From: the human T2T-CHM13v2.0 reference genome, Homo sapiens
DNA length: 64,000 bases
NCBI RefSeq assembly: GCF_009914755.1
Contig: NC_060930.1
Reading direction: 5' to 3' (one strand)
Positions within the stretch are counted from its first letter, which is position 1. Each line of letters opens with the position of its first letter. Shown one piece after another: positions 1 through 13,900 of this stretch. Made by a program: the position numbers and the translations under genes. The notes under the pieces were generated by a model. It did not search any database. It was not told the DNA's origin and saw only the letters and a program-made list of their open reading frames with translations.

Positions 1-3000
1 TGTCAATTCACTGAGTGATGGCAGATTCTGTCAGTGCATTTTCACATTTAGTTTCTACAATTTGAAATTACTTTATTTTAGTTTTATTTTAAGCATTTCT
101 GCCTGATTTCTCACTGATTCAGTGAGCAGTAAGTCATACTGTTGGCAATGGAAAGTGGTTATCCAGTGAAAGTTTCCTACTGTCTGCTATTATTAGGACT
201 TGTTCAGCTCTAATTTTGAAATGGCACTTGCTGGCCTTATCTTTATATTTGGTTATATTAATAAAACAAAAGCTTGACACGTGGACATATCTATGTTTTT
301 ATTACATTGATCTTAAATTGTTTTTCTGAGTTATGCAATCATTTTTATTCCTACGGTTTTGTAAGACAGGAATTGCGAGCCAGTCATATTTATATTTCCT
401 TTTTCTCAAGGAAGTAGTAAGAAAAAATCCATTCCAATATATTAACAATTCTCATCAATTTCTGGATCTGCATAAAACACATTTTAATACACAAATATAT
501 TTATAACTATATATCTATAGTTCATAAATGTGCATGTGTGTATACATGTGCATATATAAATCTATATAATTAAACAAATAAATATTGAGGCAGATAAGCA
601 TACTTTTTCTATTGTATATAGTATTTTTAAATTTTCTAAAATCAACACTGTTACAGCTAAATGTATGTAATATGTCACCCACATTTGGGAGATGAATATA
701 GCCTAAGGAACTCCGGTAACAGCACACATTTCTAACCCACATGTCTAAGTAATGAACAACAAATAATCACAGTAAAATTGTTCTGCAAGCATTAACTTGT
801 ACAAAAGGCACAACCCTACTTAGGAACAAAGACTGCGCTGTGAAATCCTTTTTTAAACAGGAGCTGAAGTAGTAAACAAGTCTTTAGACATATTTTTTCC
901 CTCAGACAAAGCTTCTGTTGCCACATTATCTTGTCAACCCACATGAGGTTTAGATAGATCAATACTTATATAGGTAACTTCTAAGGAACACCTGGCCTTC
1001 CAGAAGGTGACATGTTAATTAAATAGATAGCATTCTTTTTCTTAATGTACAATTGCTTAAATGTAGGTACTTCTTTCAGATTCTTTCGTCTCTCTTTTAA
1101 TATTTTGTGAGCTTGAGGGCTAAAGGGAGCCAAGAAACCTGATAAAAAGTAATAATTTTGGAGATATTACTAATGACATTTGGGCTAAAGAAAAAGAGAA
1201 AATGCAAATTTTTCCTTTGATCTCGTTTGGCCTCTCTGCATTCCTAGCTCACCAAGTAAGTATGCTGTGTGCTTCTGAGTGTTAAAACAGACATTTCGTA
1301 ACTTAATTTGCTTTTGGAAAATATGAAGAAAGACCTTATCTAATAACTAGAGTCCTTCTTTAGTGATTTCCTAAGCCAGAACATCAGATCTGGCCAGTTT
1401 ATAGATCTTCAGGATTGGAACAGTCTAGAATTAGTAACCACAGCCATAACGTGAAAAAAATCACCTTTACTCTAACCAGGAGGAGTTAACTGTCCTTGTC
1501 TGCAGAATCAGTCAAGGAAAGGGGCCTGATCTTTAACAAATTATTGATGAAATAAGTTTTGTAGCAGGCATGATTGATTGATAGAGATTTTAGAAATAGT
1601 GCACACTTCTTGGGTCTTTGTCCATTTATTTCATAGTTAGTTGTAATCATTATTTAAACTCAAAGCTAATTTTATCCCAGATACACTGTAAACAGTTATT
1701 TCTAAGGGTGAAAGTAACTTATTTGGTTTCCTACACATGCTTTACCTTTGGTTTTTGACCTTTTCCTTCCTCCACTCATAGGCAATAAATGATAAAGATA
1801 TAAAAATAGAAGGTAAAAGTTAGCTGTCTATATGTTCTTCATCATTAGGCATATTGACCTTATTAATTTGTTTCTGTCTTTATACTTTATTACTTTTGAA
1901 AATTTACGTGTACAACCTAGATTTTATGATTATATACTGGGTTCTTAGTCATTTACTTTCATCATTTCAAAACTGATGTTGAATCACATTAATGTCCTTT
2001 TAAAAGAAATTCAGTGTTATTTTTATTCCAAATAAAATGTGTGACATAATTTTTAGAGAAGAAAATAACATTTACTTTCATCATATGCAAAGAATACATA
2101 TTTATGACATGTGTACTGCTTATATACCAGAGACATATTCTGTAACTCAGTATATATGTAATTGATAATATATTTTTTATTTATATATTTGTAAGTGCAT
2201 ATATGAATACCTTTTCATTTTATATATAGAAATATATTACTTTTGTAAACAGAGACAATATAGCTCAATCTATCACTAAATATATATAATCCAAGCATAC
2301 TTATGTATTCCTGATATCAGAAGATGAAGTTTTATATATTACACAAATTATAGTTTCTATTATTAGCCTAAAAATTAACTTTGTGCTCTCAAAGAAACAT
2401 TTTAAAGAAATTATATTTGGGAAAAAAAGCTGTTTTTCATCTTAAACTGGAAATGTTTGACTCTACTAAAATTCAGCTTTATCATTTCTAGTATTTTGAA
2501 ACTTAAATAACAATTCTATACCCTTGAATATAATCGAAATATCATTCACTTTTGTTGTGATTTATGGGCATCAGACATCAAAGCTTTAGATGATATCAGT
2601 AGGGAGACTGTGATGTGGCATTTAAGAAGAAATAAACCTAGAAACAAAATTGGATTAAGATTAAAAACAATGTTTAAGTTTATTGACTGTCTTCAACTAA
2701 TTTTAAACTATTTGTGGCTCAGTAAAATTTAAATATACTTGTTTTTGCCCTGTCACTTTTTTTATATTATTTGTATTTTTAGGCAAACATCTTTTTTAAA
2801 TTAACTATATTAATCCATTATTAATTATTGTTTATCATTACTTAATTTCTAAGAAGGTAGCTCTTAGAGAAGACAATGTCCTTTGTGATCTCATATATTT
2901 TTTACCACGGAAATAAAAATAAAAACATTATTTGTAATTATATAATCTAAAGAACATAAAATTTGAAGTCACAATTGATGTTGAATAACACTGATGCTAC

Positions 3001-3249
3001 ATAGTAAATTAAAAATCCTGAAAACTGTCCTTAAACTTTCTGATGTTCTCATCTACAATAACAACAAAATCCCCAAATGTTTATAAGAGTATATAGTACA
3101 TGTCCAAAAATGTTCTTTTTCTTTTTTTCATTCTTGAAAACTACCATCACTATTTGGTTTCATAGGACAGAAATGACTTTCATTTGCATTTTTAATTGGC
3201 AAATTTGTATTATAATCCTTGAAATTCAAATAAGTAATAAAATAAATAA

Positions 3250-3870
3250 TTGTCACTTTTTTAAATATGCAAGAAGTTATAAATGAGTTTTACTTATTAT
3301 TAATCACTAATAATTGATGATAGCAAATTGAAAGTGTGTGATAAATAAAGATTTAAAACAATAATATTCTGTTAGAATGGGTAGGAGGAGATATACACTC
3401 ATGAAATACTAATGAAAGCTTTTATTTGTATGACTCTTCCAGAAAATAGTTCATCAGTAAGTAATCATAACCTTCAAAGAGTTTATATCCTTTATCTCTC
3501 CAACTGAATCCAGCATAATTCTACTTCTAGGAATCTCTCTTAATAAAATAATTAAACATACAGTATAGACATTGGATTCTTTACAAAGATATTTATTACT
3601 ACTTTGCTTATTATGCCCAAAATATATAAACAAAAATTCTGTAACATAATTGAATTTTTAATATAAGTGATGGTCCATCTCTATGTCAAACATTTACATA
3701 GCCCATAAAATCTTTTCCAAAAAGAAAAAGAAAAAAATGCTCATGGTATGTGTCAAGTTGAAAAGGAAAGAAGTGAGCAAAATTACATACATGTAAAGAA
3801 CTCATATATATTTGTTCCACCATCCAAAAAGAAAATAATCAAAACCACTGTAGTCACTGATTTTTTCTCC
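3250..3870 (+). mobile_element. Ancient LINE-1 (L1ME-type) ORF2-end/3' UTR fragment
   Basis: Degenerate L1 motifs such as ccagcataattctacttctaggaatctctct and aaaatgctcatggtatgtgtcaagttgaaaag; boundaries approximate. Confidence 0.55.
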
Positions 3871-5109
3871 ATTAATACATGATAATTCAATTAGCATTTG
3901 AAATAAACTCTTCTTCTCTTAAACTCCATATACTATTTAAAAAAAATCTAACTTTCTTTTGTTTGTTTGGTTTGTTTATGTTTTTAACTGTGAATCATTT
4001 CCAGCCAATACTAGATATAGCAAACTCTACGAAGGTCTTCTAACCTTCATTATAGAGGCACACAGAAATTATCTTGTTAATACTTCTTTGAAAGCCTGGT
4101 GGCAGTTATTCCTCTTCCAAAACTGGACAGTCCCTTCTTAAGGACAGAAAGTCAGTTTAGTTCTCCTAATTACAAAGTCTCTGCAATTGCTTATTCACCT
4201 AAAGTAATATGTGAGTTTGAGGTTTTAGTAGTCCCTTGATTCCATATATCATGTCTTTTTTTATTATTGTGTTTCTATTGTCTAAGACAATATTCTTAGC
4301 ACATATTAAGCATTCAATATTATTAAGGTGTTGACCCCAAAATGTTATGTCTTCTCCATTCCAACCTTTTGAGAAGAAGGAAATTCAGCTAATCATCTAT
4401 GTATCCAGCATTAAAAGAGAAACACTCAAATGAGCATAATCATTTTTATAACTATAGATTTAGTTTTCTTAGCTATAAATGAAGAACAGCACCTAGTTCT
4501 TTTTACTTTAGGATAGAGGTCCTGTAATAATTTAGGTATATAGAAAATTGAGGTGCACTCAGAAATTTTGATTCTTGGTAAGTCTTGAATTGAAAGGGAA
4601 AAACCCTACATTTTAAGCACACAATTAATATGACTATGATGTAGGTATTTTGGGCTGCATTCTTTAACAATGTCACCTCAGAAGAATCTGATGTGGATTG
4701 ATTTAAAAATATACAAAAATGCTCTGAAAACTCAGAACACAGAAAATCCCTATATATGCTGGTATTTCTATTTGAAAATAGAAATTTCTTTCTAATAATG
4801 CTCTGAAAGATAAATATATTTCAGTGATAAATTCATAAAATGGGCCTTGTTATGTATTATATAAATTTTTAAAATATAAATTGTATATTATTTGAGCAAC
4901 TGCATTTTGTTAGAGTTTCCCATATATTGTCTTAGGTAGCTTCTTTATTATCTGTGGAAGATTTAGTTGCACTTACTTTGAATTGAACAGTAAATGTTAT
5001 AGAAATTCTGTTGCTTCAAATAGTTACTATTTGTTGACATCTCCTACTTTCAATCTTTCCTTATTCCTTTCATCTCTGGTTGGAAGACATTGGGAGCCTC
5101 TTTATTTTA

Positions 5110-5270
5110 AATATTGCTGAACACTAGAATCATCTAAGGAACTTTTACAAATCTTGATGCCCAAGTGGCACCCCATAGAAATTAAATCAGAATATCTTGG
5201 AGTTACCCATCAGTATTTTTGCAAGACCTTCTGGTGATTTTAACATGCAGCCTATTTTGGGAAACATTCT
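5110..5270. mobile_element. MER5-type hAT-Charlie DNA transposon fragment
   Basis: tagaatcatctaagga...aattaaatcagaatatct...ggtgattttaacatgcagcc resembles MER5A/B. Confidence 0.65.
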
Positions 5271-5934
5271 TCCAAGGAACCTGTGAATAAAGGAGCTTTG
5301 CATCTGAGAAGGAGGCCTCAGCATGTGGGTGATATCAGGAAGGGCTAACCAAGTTTTTATTTGATGAAATATGCTTTTCCCAGCTTCCCCAAGACAGATC
5401 GTCATTCTCCATTGTATCTGACATAGAGGCCAGAAGGTAAAAAAATTGTCGTGTTCATTAGTGAGCACAAATACAGTCTAAATCCATCCCTGATCATTTT
5501 CAAGTTATTTACAAATTTGTATTTCTCATCATATATCTGGCAGAAAATCAAGAACCAATTTTCTTAACTCTAAAGAAATGTCTGCATCTTTATCAAAGCT
5601 ATAGCTTAACTTAAACTATAGCATTGATATATTGATATAGTTGATAATATATTAAAATTATTCTAGATCCTGTTAGAAAGGGCGTTTTCTATAGTTACTA
5701 ATATTAGGTTGGTATTAAAATATTCTATTAAACATTAATGATTGGAGAAGAAAAAATAAATCATTTAGTTATTGTCTATACAGCCTGTGTGACTTCCAGC
5801 AAGTCTCAACATTCAGACTGATCTTTTCTATAATGGGATAATGCCTAACTAAAGGGATACTCTAAAGTTTTACCTATGAGAACCTTGGCGATGGTGCTTA
5901 GTGGTTATGTTTAAAAATGTGTGTTTCCTTCTCC

Positions 5935-6250
5935 TTCCAACTATTAAATATAGATATTGTCCCAAGGATTTGTCCTTAACCATCTTTTCTCCAGTTATTT
6001 TCTCCGCTTTAACAACCGGATTTAACATTATGGCTTCATGGAGCCTTGAAACCGATGACAACTCCAGGCTCACCACTTCCCGGGTACCAATCCTACCCTT
6101 TCCCCTGTGTGTGCAAATCTCAGCATGTGAAGGTCTTTCATGGGTAACATTTCCCACATGAGCTCTTTCTTTATCCCACCCAGTAGTGCTTCTGTGATTT
6201 TTAATTCTGATAATGACCTTCTCACCTTTCTAGTGACTCAGTTTTAAAAT
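5935..6250 (+). mobile_element. L2 LINE reverse-transcriptase-region fragment
   Basis: cccaaggatttgtcctt resembles the PQGSVL motif; a downstream gatgac resembles the YADD region. Confidence 0.5.
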
Positions 6251-6619
6251 ATTGGCCTTTCTTGGGGCTCCTCTCTTCCTTTGCTTACTTCTAAAATTTA
6301 CCAGCTCCTTTCTAGCCCTCTCCTCTGCAGCTTCTCTTATTTCCCTGGAATTTGCCCAACTGGGCCATATGCGGGAATCACATCCAACCAGGATACATGA
6401 GAAAGAGCTATCACTGGCAAGGAAAGCATCTAACAAAATTATTAGTATAGGCAGAGAATGTGTATTAATGAATGCAATACTAATTAAAGTTCTTCTGGGC
6501 TGGCAGATAAAGTTGACTAAGACATGCCTCTGTCTTTGGGGAGAAAGGAAGAAAAAATAGATGGACATAAATAAAGATAAAAATAGTAATAAAATTAACA
6601 AAAGGAAGAAGAACAGACA

Positions 6620-6750
6620 GGCCAGTACGTGCATTATCTCCTTTAATCTTTATGATAATCCTGTGAGGTAGGAATGGTGAAATTAGGCTCAGGGAATTTG
6701 AGTAATCTGCTGAAGATCACAAGGCCAAGTGTCAAAGTGAGTATTTAAAT
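6620..6750 (-). mobile_element. MIR SINE
   Basis: gcattatctcctttaatct...aatcctgtgaggtagg...gaaattaggctcag...gatcaca is antisense MIR core. Confidence 0.65.
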
Positions 6751-7243
6751 AACAGGTTATATTTCTTAGTACAGAAACTGCAAGTTAATATCTACATTCT
6801 AGGCAAATCTTTACATGTATTTATTGAGCACAGATTCTATGAAAACTCTGTGCAATGTTTGATATAGTCTCTATAACAAATAATTTAAAATAACGGTGTA
6901 AGCAATGAAACGAGAGAATGAAGCTGTTACTAATGATTCTTCACAGATTATGGTTGCAAGGGTCAAATCCTATTCTTAGTGCTTCCTGACAAATAACTTC
7001 TCTTAAATAAATACATACCTACTTCAGAACACTGACTGATTAGGAAGAAAGGGGTCTTAGTTTCTTTTCTCTAATCTATCACTAATCTGGTGCATGACTT
7101 CCACTGAGTCAGAAATTAAATGGTCTTTTATTCCATTACCTTTAAAAATGGACAAACAAAACTGGCTGACCTATTCTATTGCATGATGTCTCAGCTCATT
7201 TATGAAGACAACTTCAATAAAAAATAATGCAGGAGTTATAATA

Positions 7244-7308
7244 ATGTTATAGAATATGACATGCTATAGAATATGACATGTTATAGAATATGACATATAG
7301 AATATGAC
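7244..7308. repeat. 17-bp minisatellite (ATGTTATAGAATATGAC) x ~4
   Basis: Units at 7244, 7261 and 7278, plus a shortened unit at 7295. Confidence 0.9.
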
Positions 7309-7399
7309 ATAATAAAATATTGAATTTTAATATGAAATTAAAATGTAATTTGCCCTACGATAGAATGGTAATCTTACAATTGACTTTAAAAATCGAATC

Positions 7400-7520
7400 T
7401 ACTCCTATCCCTTCATTTAAAGAATGAGAAATCGGGTCCACAGAAATGAAGTGACCAGCCCAGGCTCACAAAGCTAGTCAATGTCACAAAAACTGGACTT
7501 GCTGAGGCTCAAGTCAGCAT
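7400..7520 (-). mobile_element. MIR SINE
   Basis: cccttcatttaaagaatgagaaatc...gaagtgaccagcccaggctcacaaagctagt. Confidence 0.65.
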
Positions 7521-9029
7521 TTTTTTTTTTGCCAGCTTATTTCTCTCCTGCTAGATTCCTAATCATGCCCATGGGACCTCATAAAATGAGCACTGGGAGA
7601 TTTTCAAAATAGGCAGGATTCTAGGATCCACGCTGGGATCGTGCCTAAAAAAATGAACTGTTTCCTGAAAAACAAATAGGGTGCAAAAAATGAAAGGGAA
7701 TCTGTCCAAAAGATCACATTTGGAGTCCCAAACTCCTACTCAGATCACTATCAAACCCCTTAGGATTCTTTTGCCTGTACATGACAGTCACATGTTTAAT
7801 TCATGTAAAAAATTAGTAAATATATTAGAGAAAGTCTCATCCAAGTATCAAGAATGCACAGCTCTATTTGATTAAAGCAGAAATTCTTTTTCTACAAAAA
7901 GTGTAATTATGACACCAAATGTCTTCACAAACACCATATATTTTCATGTCAATTTTCTACTCTATGCAATAAAAAATAAAACTGGAGTGAATATGAACTA
8001 TGAGGCAGTTTGAGACTTTACTTATGGAACAAGTCTTCATTTCCATTGTTGTTTTCCACCTCTGTTCCACTTTTTAAAAGAATTCTTTCTGGTAGTTACA
8101 TATAGTTAGGTACTGATAAGCTAGTATGAGATTAAAATCTAAAAATGTAAGACAAATACATTTTTCCAACCTTCCAGTTAGGAAGAGTGTATGTTTTTTC
8201 TTCCTTTCCCTTGATTTCAGTAAACACGGTGTTATGTTAAGAACGCAAAAAAGAACTCAATCTCGAAATCACTTTATTATCTATAGTTAAATATACAAAA
8301 TATGATGTTGGAAAAAGTAAAGAAGAAATATTCTGCTAGTTCATCATGTATATGTATATATGTATATATGAATTCATGTATAAGTAATACCAATATATGA
8401 GTATTATTTCCCTTTGAATTATTAACCTTCCAACAATAGTTACTTTGTTTTTACATGTGTCAAAGTGCTTTTATGTGCATTATCCTATAATTTGGAGTCT
8501 CTGTCAGCTCTTCAGAGACATTTTTTTTCAGCCTCTAATCTCTTTTAACTAATCTGCTCTTTCTCTGACTCACCTAATTCCTAAACTTTTTCATGTGCTC
8601 TCATCATATATTAGGAAGTGTTATGGTATATATGTTATGCCCTGTTTACCAACATTTTTATGTAAGCAGCTTAATTACAATTCTGGGCTATTGTGAAAAG
8701 GATGATCATGCAGTTTTTTGTTTGTTTTTGTTTTGGCTTTCTGTATTTAAAAATACATAGAAAATATTGTATAATAAAAGTAAATCAATTAGTCCTTGAC
8801 ATTGCTTCTGGAACTTTGTAAGAAGTTTCTCAGGCAAAAGTGTGGTAATATTTTGTTTGAAATATGACCAAGTCTTATGCAAAATTTGGTCCTCCAGTTT
8901 TGTTTCAGAATTAAAAAGGGCAGTTTTAGAATTTCTAATGGAAATATGCTGACTTTTCTTTATTTTTGAAATTGCATTATTCTTTGATTTCTGTCATTCC
9001 CACTACTCTCAAAATTATCATCCTTTGAA

Positions 9030-9970
9030 AACTGTGGGTGGGCGGTTGGGCAGCTGATTTGCATTTTAGAAAACCTTGTGTTTTCTTAGCTGTGCTTTAG
9101 GCCTATGGGCTTTGAAGTTATTTCCAATGGTCTCTTACTAGTGTAAAAGTTTGGTCTCCTGTTAAATTGCCACCTGTGCTAAGGAAAGCTAATCCATTAG
9201 GGTTGAACGGCTCTAAGAAGGTGCCATGGCGCCTGGGGCAACCTCTTGAGTTTCAGCTCTAGCAGCTGCTGGGAGATGTGTTTGGGATGGTCCTTGTTAC
9301 AGAAATTAGATGGATCAGGAAGTAAACAGAGGCATCTTTCATCTGACCCAGCTCTAAGACAAGAGGGTGGGGCCTGGGGGAATTCCTCTTCTAATTATTT
9401 TACGGGTCAGTTCTCTGAGACTTATGTCAATGTCTGACACTCCTAACTCTTAGGGGGAATTTTTGAAAAAAAAATCATAAGCCATTGAAGCTGTTGAATT
9501 TTTCCTTCTGAAAATATCCTATCCCCTGCATTTGCAGGATTGCTGACCACTGGGTGGGTCTTGCCCTTCTTCCAAGGGGAGTGATTGGAAATGGGAAATT
9601 AGAGGTGCAGCTTTCCTCACCTGGAAACTTTCTCCTAAATTTTAAGGGTGTCCCCTCATTTATAGTCCCTTATTTATTTTAGATTTTTATATTGAACTTC
9701 ATTTCTTTCGATGACTTGGGGCAAGTTCCAACTGCTGTGTTCCTGTTGGTTTCATCATTTTTCAGAGTTAATCTCTCAAACAACATTTCATCCAGTTGAG
9801 CAGCTGCCCAAGTCTTTCCTGAGCAAAGCTGGTGGCATGCAATCCTGTGTCTGTTGCTAATTTGTGACTGCAAGGTTTGAGAAGGGGTAACTAGAGAATT
9901 GGAAAGTAGCTGGACTTGCCTGAGCTAAAAGAAAAATTCAAGAACCATTTCAGGCAGAGAATTCCCAACT
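9030..9970. promoter_or_regulatory. Candidate enhancer (octamer, E-box, ETS/FOX and NF-kB motif cluster)
   Basis: CAGCTG 9051 abutting ATTTGCAT 9057; CACCTG 9171 and 9618; CAGGAAGTAAACA 9316; GGGGAATTCC 9377; GAGAATTCCC 9957; non-repetitive and more GC-rich than its flanks. Confidence 0.4.
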
Positions 9971-12749
9971 TCCAATTTCTCATTTGCTGTAATATCAAGT
10001 ATATGTTTACGTCTACGTGATAGGTTATCCTTTTCTTTTCTTTTTTCCACAGGGAGACATTAACATTTTTAACAACACAAAAATTGTCTTTGTTCCATTT
10101 AAGTCAAAATTTTTCTCCTTCTTTACAGCACATAGTTTCCTTAAAGAAACTGTTAAAAAATTAAGATAAGCCAATAAAAGACACATTTTAATATTCTTAA
10201 ATAAGGTTTTATAATCATTTTTTTCAGAAAGATACAAATATATTTCCAAAATAAGAGCATAGGTACATATTATATCAAAACTACATTTTTATTAGCAGTA
10301 ATATAAATATTTTAATAGTCAATAAATTTTCATTTTATAGATGACTGTTCCATAATATTCTGAACATTGTTTTCTGTGTAATTTCCTCCAGGGCAACAAA
10401 ATAAGTTATTTTTATGCTTTGGTTTAAAATTACTGAAAAAAAAATAAAGTAACGATGATGATGATTAAATAATCTTTTGCTTGGTTGTTTACTTTCTAAA
10501 CTTTATATTTAATTATTTTATTTTTTCATATATCATTTTTAGGTCAGAGATGTAAAAATTTTTTAAATTTGATATTAATGAGATTAAGAAAGGGAAAACA
10601 CTCTAAACTAAAATAAATGTCTACTTCCAATAGCAAAATGACCTCAGAGATTTTCTGAATCAATGTTATAGAACAATCCCCACTGGAGGCTATGGGATTG
10701 GTTACAAATTTTGTTTTCTGTAACAGTGAAATCTTATTTGCTAGGCATGTTAGCTTTTGCAAATTAAAATATAAATTTTTAAATGCTGCAAAATACTTGT
10801 TTTAAAAGACAAGTAGACAGTTTCAGAAACTACAGAATTTTTTAGTCCAAAATTCCTTGAAAGGCCACAGGCGCCCTTTAAGAGATTGATTTCTGGGACT
10901 TTTAAGGCTTACAGCTTACCAACCTCTACCTAAGTGACTTAAAATTGTCAAATAAATGAAACTCCATTTCTTTCAGTTTGGAGTAAATATTCAGTTGATT
11001 TCAAGGCCCAACTCTATAGGCAGTCTCTTCCCCTGGCTCCCTCCCTGGGTATTCTTGAAATTCAGGCATATTCATAGCTTCCACCAAGGAACCCTGCTCC
11101 CTGGCCTGTCCTCTGGGTAATGATGCTCCTGTTGCACTAGGTCCTGGTCACCCCTTTCTATGTTTAATAAGGAGTGGCTGGCCCAGTTGGAATTCTGGGG
11201 TCTTATGCTGACACCTAATGATGCTGATCATGATTCCTTCCGTGATGTCTTATTCAAGGAATCTTCTCTGCCCAATTTCAGGCATCTTCTGTGTCTCTCA
11301 GCACATCCATGTCCAATGACCAAATCACATGGAATTCCTAGACTTCCCTCCATGTGTCTAAATGGTCATTTTGGGTCAAGATGTTAGAGGACTCTCTCAT
11401 CTCTGATGCTCTACAGCTTCCATTTGATGCTGAGTGCAGGATTTCTCTGAGGCTTATAGACATCCCAGATAAACTTCAGAAATGGGTAACTAGAACTTGT
11501 GTGCTTGTGTTTCTCCATATCCGTCATCTTGCTTCTCCACGTCTCAGGGGAAGGTTGTGGCTCCATTTGATTTGGGCTCTGCCCCTGTACTTTCCCCCTC
11601 CCAAACCTCTCTCCAAGATTCTCCTAGTACCAGGAGTTACTTTCCCTTTTGTATTTGGAAGGGACTTCCCGTACTTTATGCTCTTCTTCCTCAATACCAT
11701 GACTTAGAGGAAAGCCTTATGTTCAGATTATCGAGGTTTTCTTTTTACATAGAGAGGAAGCAGACCTGGGAAAGTAAAACAGCTTTTTTTCTTTCAAGAA
11801 TCTCAGGTTTTAAAGACTAAAATTCTATTAATGATTTTACATCTTTAGTTCTGAGCTCAAAGCTGAGTATTAATGTCTTGTTTTAGGTGGTGTGTGGCTT
11901 CCCACTGAAGCAATAAATGTTATTAATTCAGTGAGGGGGAGAGATGATGGCCTAAGACATGGAGCAGTGAGTCTTAGCACAGGTTCCCAAGCAAGCGGAC
12001 CTCAACCTGGTGACAGAATCAGGGACCCCTTCCACCACCACCCCGAGTCTCCAAAAACTTGCTATTAGCCCAGATGTGAACATGGAAGAAGAACAACCAT
12101 GGAGGCCTGGGGGGAAGTGGGACTAATAAGGAATTTGAAATTTAAATTGCCTTAATATTACTTTAATATAAAAGACTCGTTAAAGCCAGAGACTACATAA
12201 GGGCGACTGGCAAGAGTAAGTGTCCTCCCTCTCAAATGGTCATCTCCTCCTTCCTAAGATGACATTTGAGGGTCAAGTAAATAAAGGAGACATTTCTACT
12301 TTTGCGTAATACAATCTGTGTGTAATAAAGTTGGAATTAGGAACACACTTAATAGAGTTTACATGCTTAATAGATTTCTAGGTGCAAGATATGTGCTCAA
12401 AACTTACAACACTTATCATTTGGGTATGATCCCTTTTAAATGCTTATCTTTAAACCATAATCACCATCTGTTAAGCCTTGAAGCATCTGCATCTTTAGCT
12501 CTCAGGTTACAAAACTATGTATTATGATTATTTTTAAAAATATATTTTCATTTATGATATCATGGGCATTTTTGTCTTTCAATAATTATTTCATAATATA
12601 AATATTTGTAATGGCTAGATCATAGATTCTTGAAGGAATATGCTTTAATCTAGCCTTAATGTTGTAGAGATTGCTAACTCTCCCTTAATACTTGTAACAG
12701 AAGCCTGCAAGTTTTAGCTGACTTATAGAAGTGCCCAGCTACAGACTAA

Positions 12750-12850
12750 ACATACACACACACAAAAATACACACACACCGATACACACATACAGACATA
12801 GATTCACAGAGTCATATCTGCATAGACACACACAGAGATACACACACAGT
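12750..12850. repeat. Degenerate (CA)n low-complexity tract
   Basis: Interrupted cacacacaca runs. Confidence 0.8.
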
Positions 12851-13819
12851 CATAGAAAACAGGACTAGAAAAACCTAAACCAATAATTTTGCAGTGGTCA
12901 TCTCTTTGGAGAAGTATTGAAGCTTTTTTATTTGTTCCTTTCTTTTGTTTTACTTAGTTACATTTGGTATTTATTTGGAAGTTTAATTTTGGTGTGTGAT
13001 TAAAAAGCATTATATCTTAAAGACATCACTAATGAACATTTTAAAGTATCTAATGGCAAATTATCACTATTCTCTGTTGTAATTTTCATCAGTGGAATGG
13101 AAATAACTGATGGGATCAGATAAAGAAAATAGGCAATTCCTTAATGGGGTAAATTGTACTTCCTACAGCATATTTGTGTAGGGCTGGGCTGAGAGGTTAT
13201 ATGGGATACTGAAGAAAACATGGCAATTCTCTGATAAAACCTGATGACTCAAGAAAAGATTTTGTCATAAGATGTCCTTAACTTCTGCTATAAGTAATGC
13301 ATGCAGAGCCTTTGACATTTGCTCAATCTGTTTTTAGAAGGTAACAGAATATTCTGATATAAATGGATTCTGAAAATATTCACCCAACTGGGAGAGACAA
13401 AAGACTAAATTTTAGGCAGTCTTTTCAACGACTTTATGTATGTATACATAGATTAACAATGCCAATGCCAACAGTTTTCTTCTATATTGCTAATTTTCTT
13501 CACTGGTTGAAATGAAATTTGGTGTCAGTATTATCGGAATTTAATAATTAATGAATATTGTTATTTTATTCCTGGAAAGATTATGCATTCACTTTAACAG
13601 AGAAACATTTATTCTCTTTGATTATGACGGTGCTCATCAATTTTTCATTTCTCTCATAAGTGCTCATGATAAGGATAATGAAGTTGAGATGGGCAATTCA
13701 TCAGCTCCTGATGAAGATTTGTTGAGGACTTCTATTTTTCCAGAACTTTGCCCTCATTTATCCAGTGCAACACTGATATTAATCCCTTTCCTTGCCTTAA
13801 ATTTTTCTTCCTCTTTTAG

Positions 13820-13900
13820 AGGTTGATAAATGAGATAATGTACATAAAAGTGCTTCGTAAACTCTGAAGTGCCACATAAATGTAAGGCATTATTATTTAA
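13820..13900 (+). mobile_element. MIR 3' end
   Basis: aaatgagataatgtacataaaagtgctt...aaatgtaaggcattattatt. Confidence 0.65.

Noticed and set aside
6230-6634. 134-aa hydrophobic minus-strand ORF and the overlapping 102-aa ORF
   Set aside because: Hydrophobicity comes from T-rich low-complexity sequence; no recognisable domain.
7244-7308. Short repeat array as CRISPR-like
   Set aside because: The units are head-to-tail with no unique spacers, there are no cas genes, and the context is eukaryotic.
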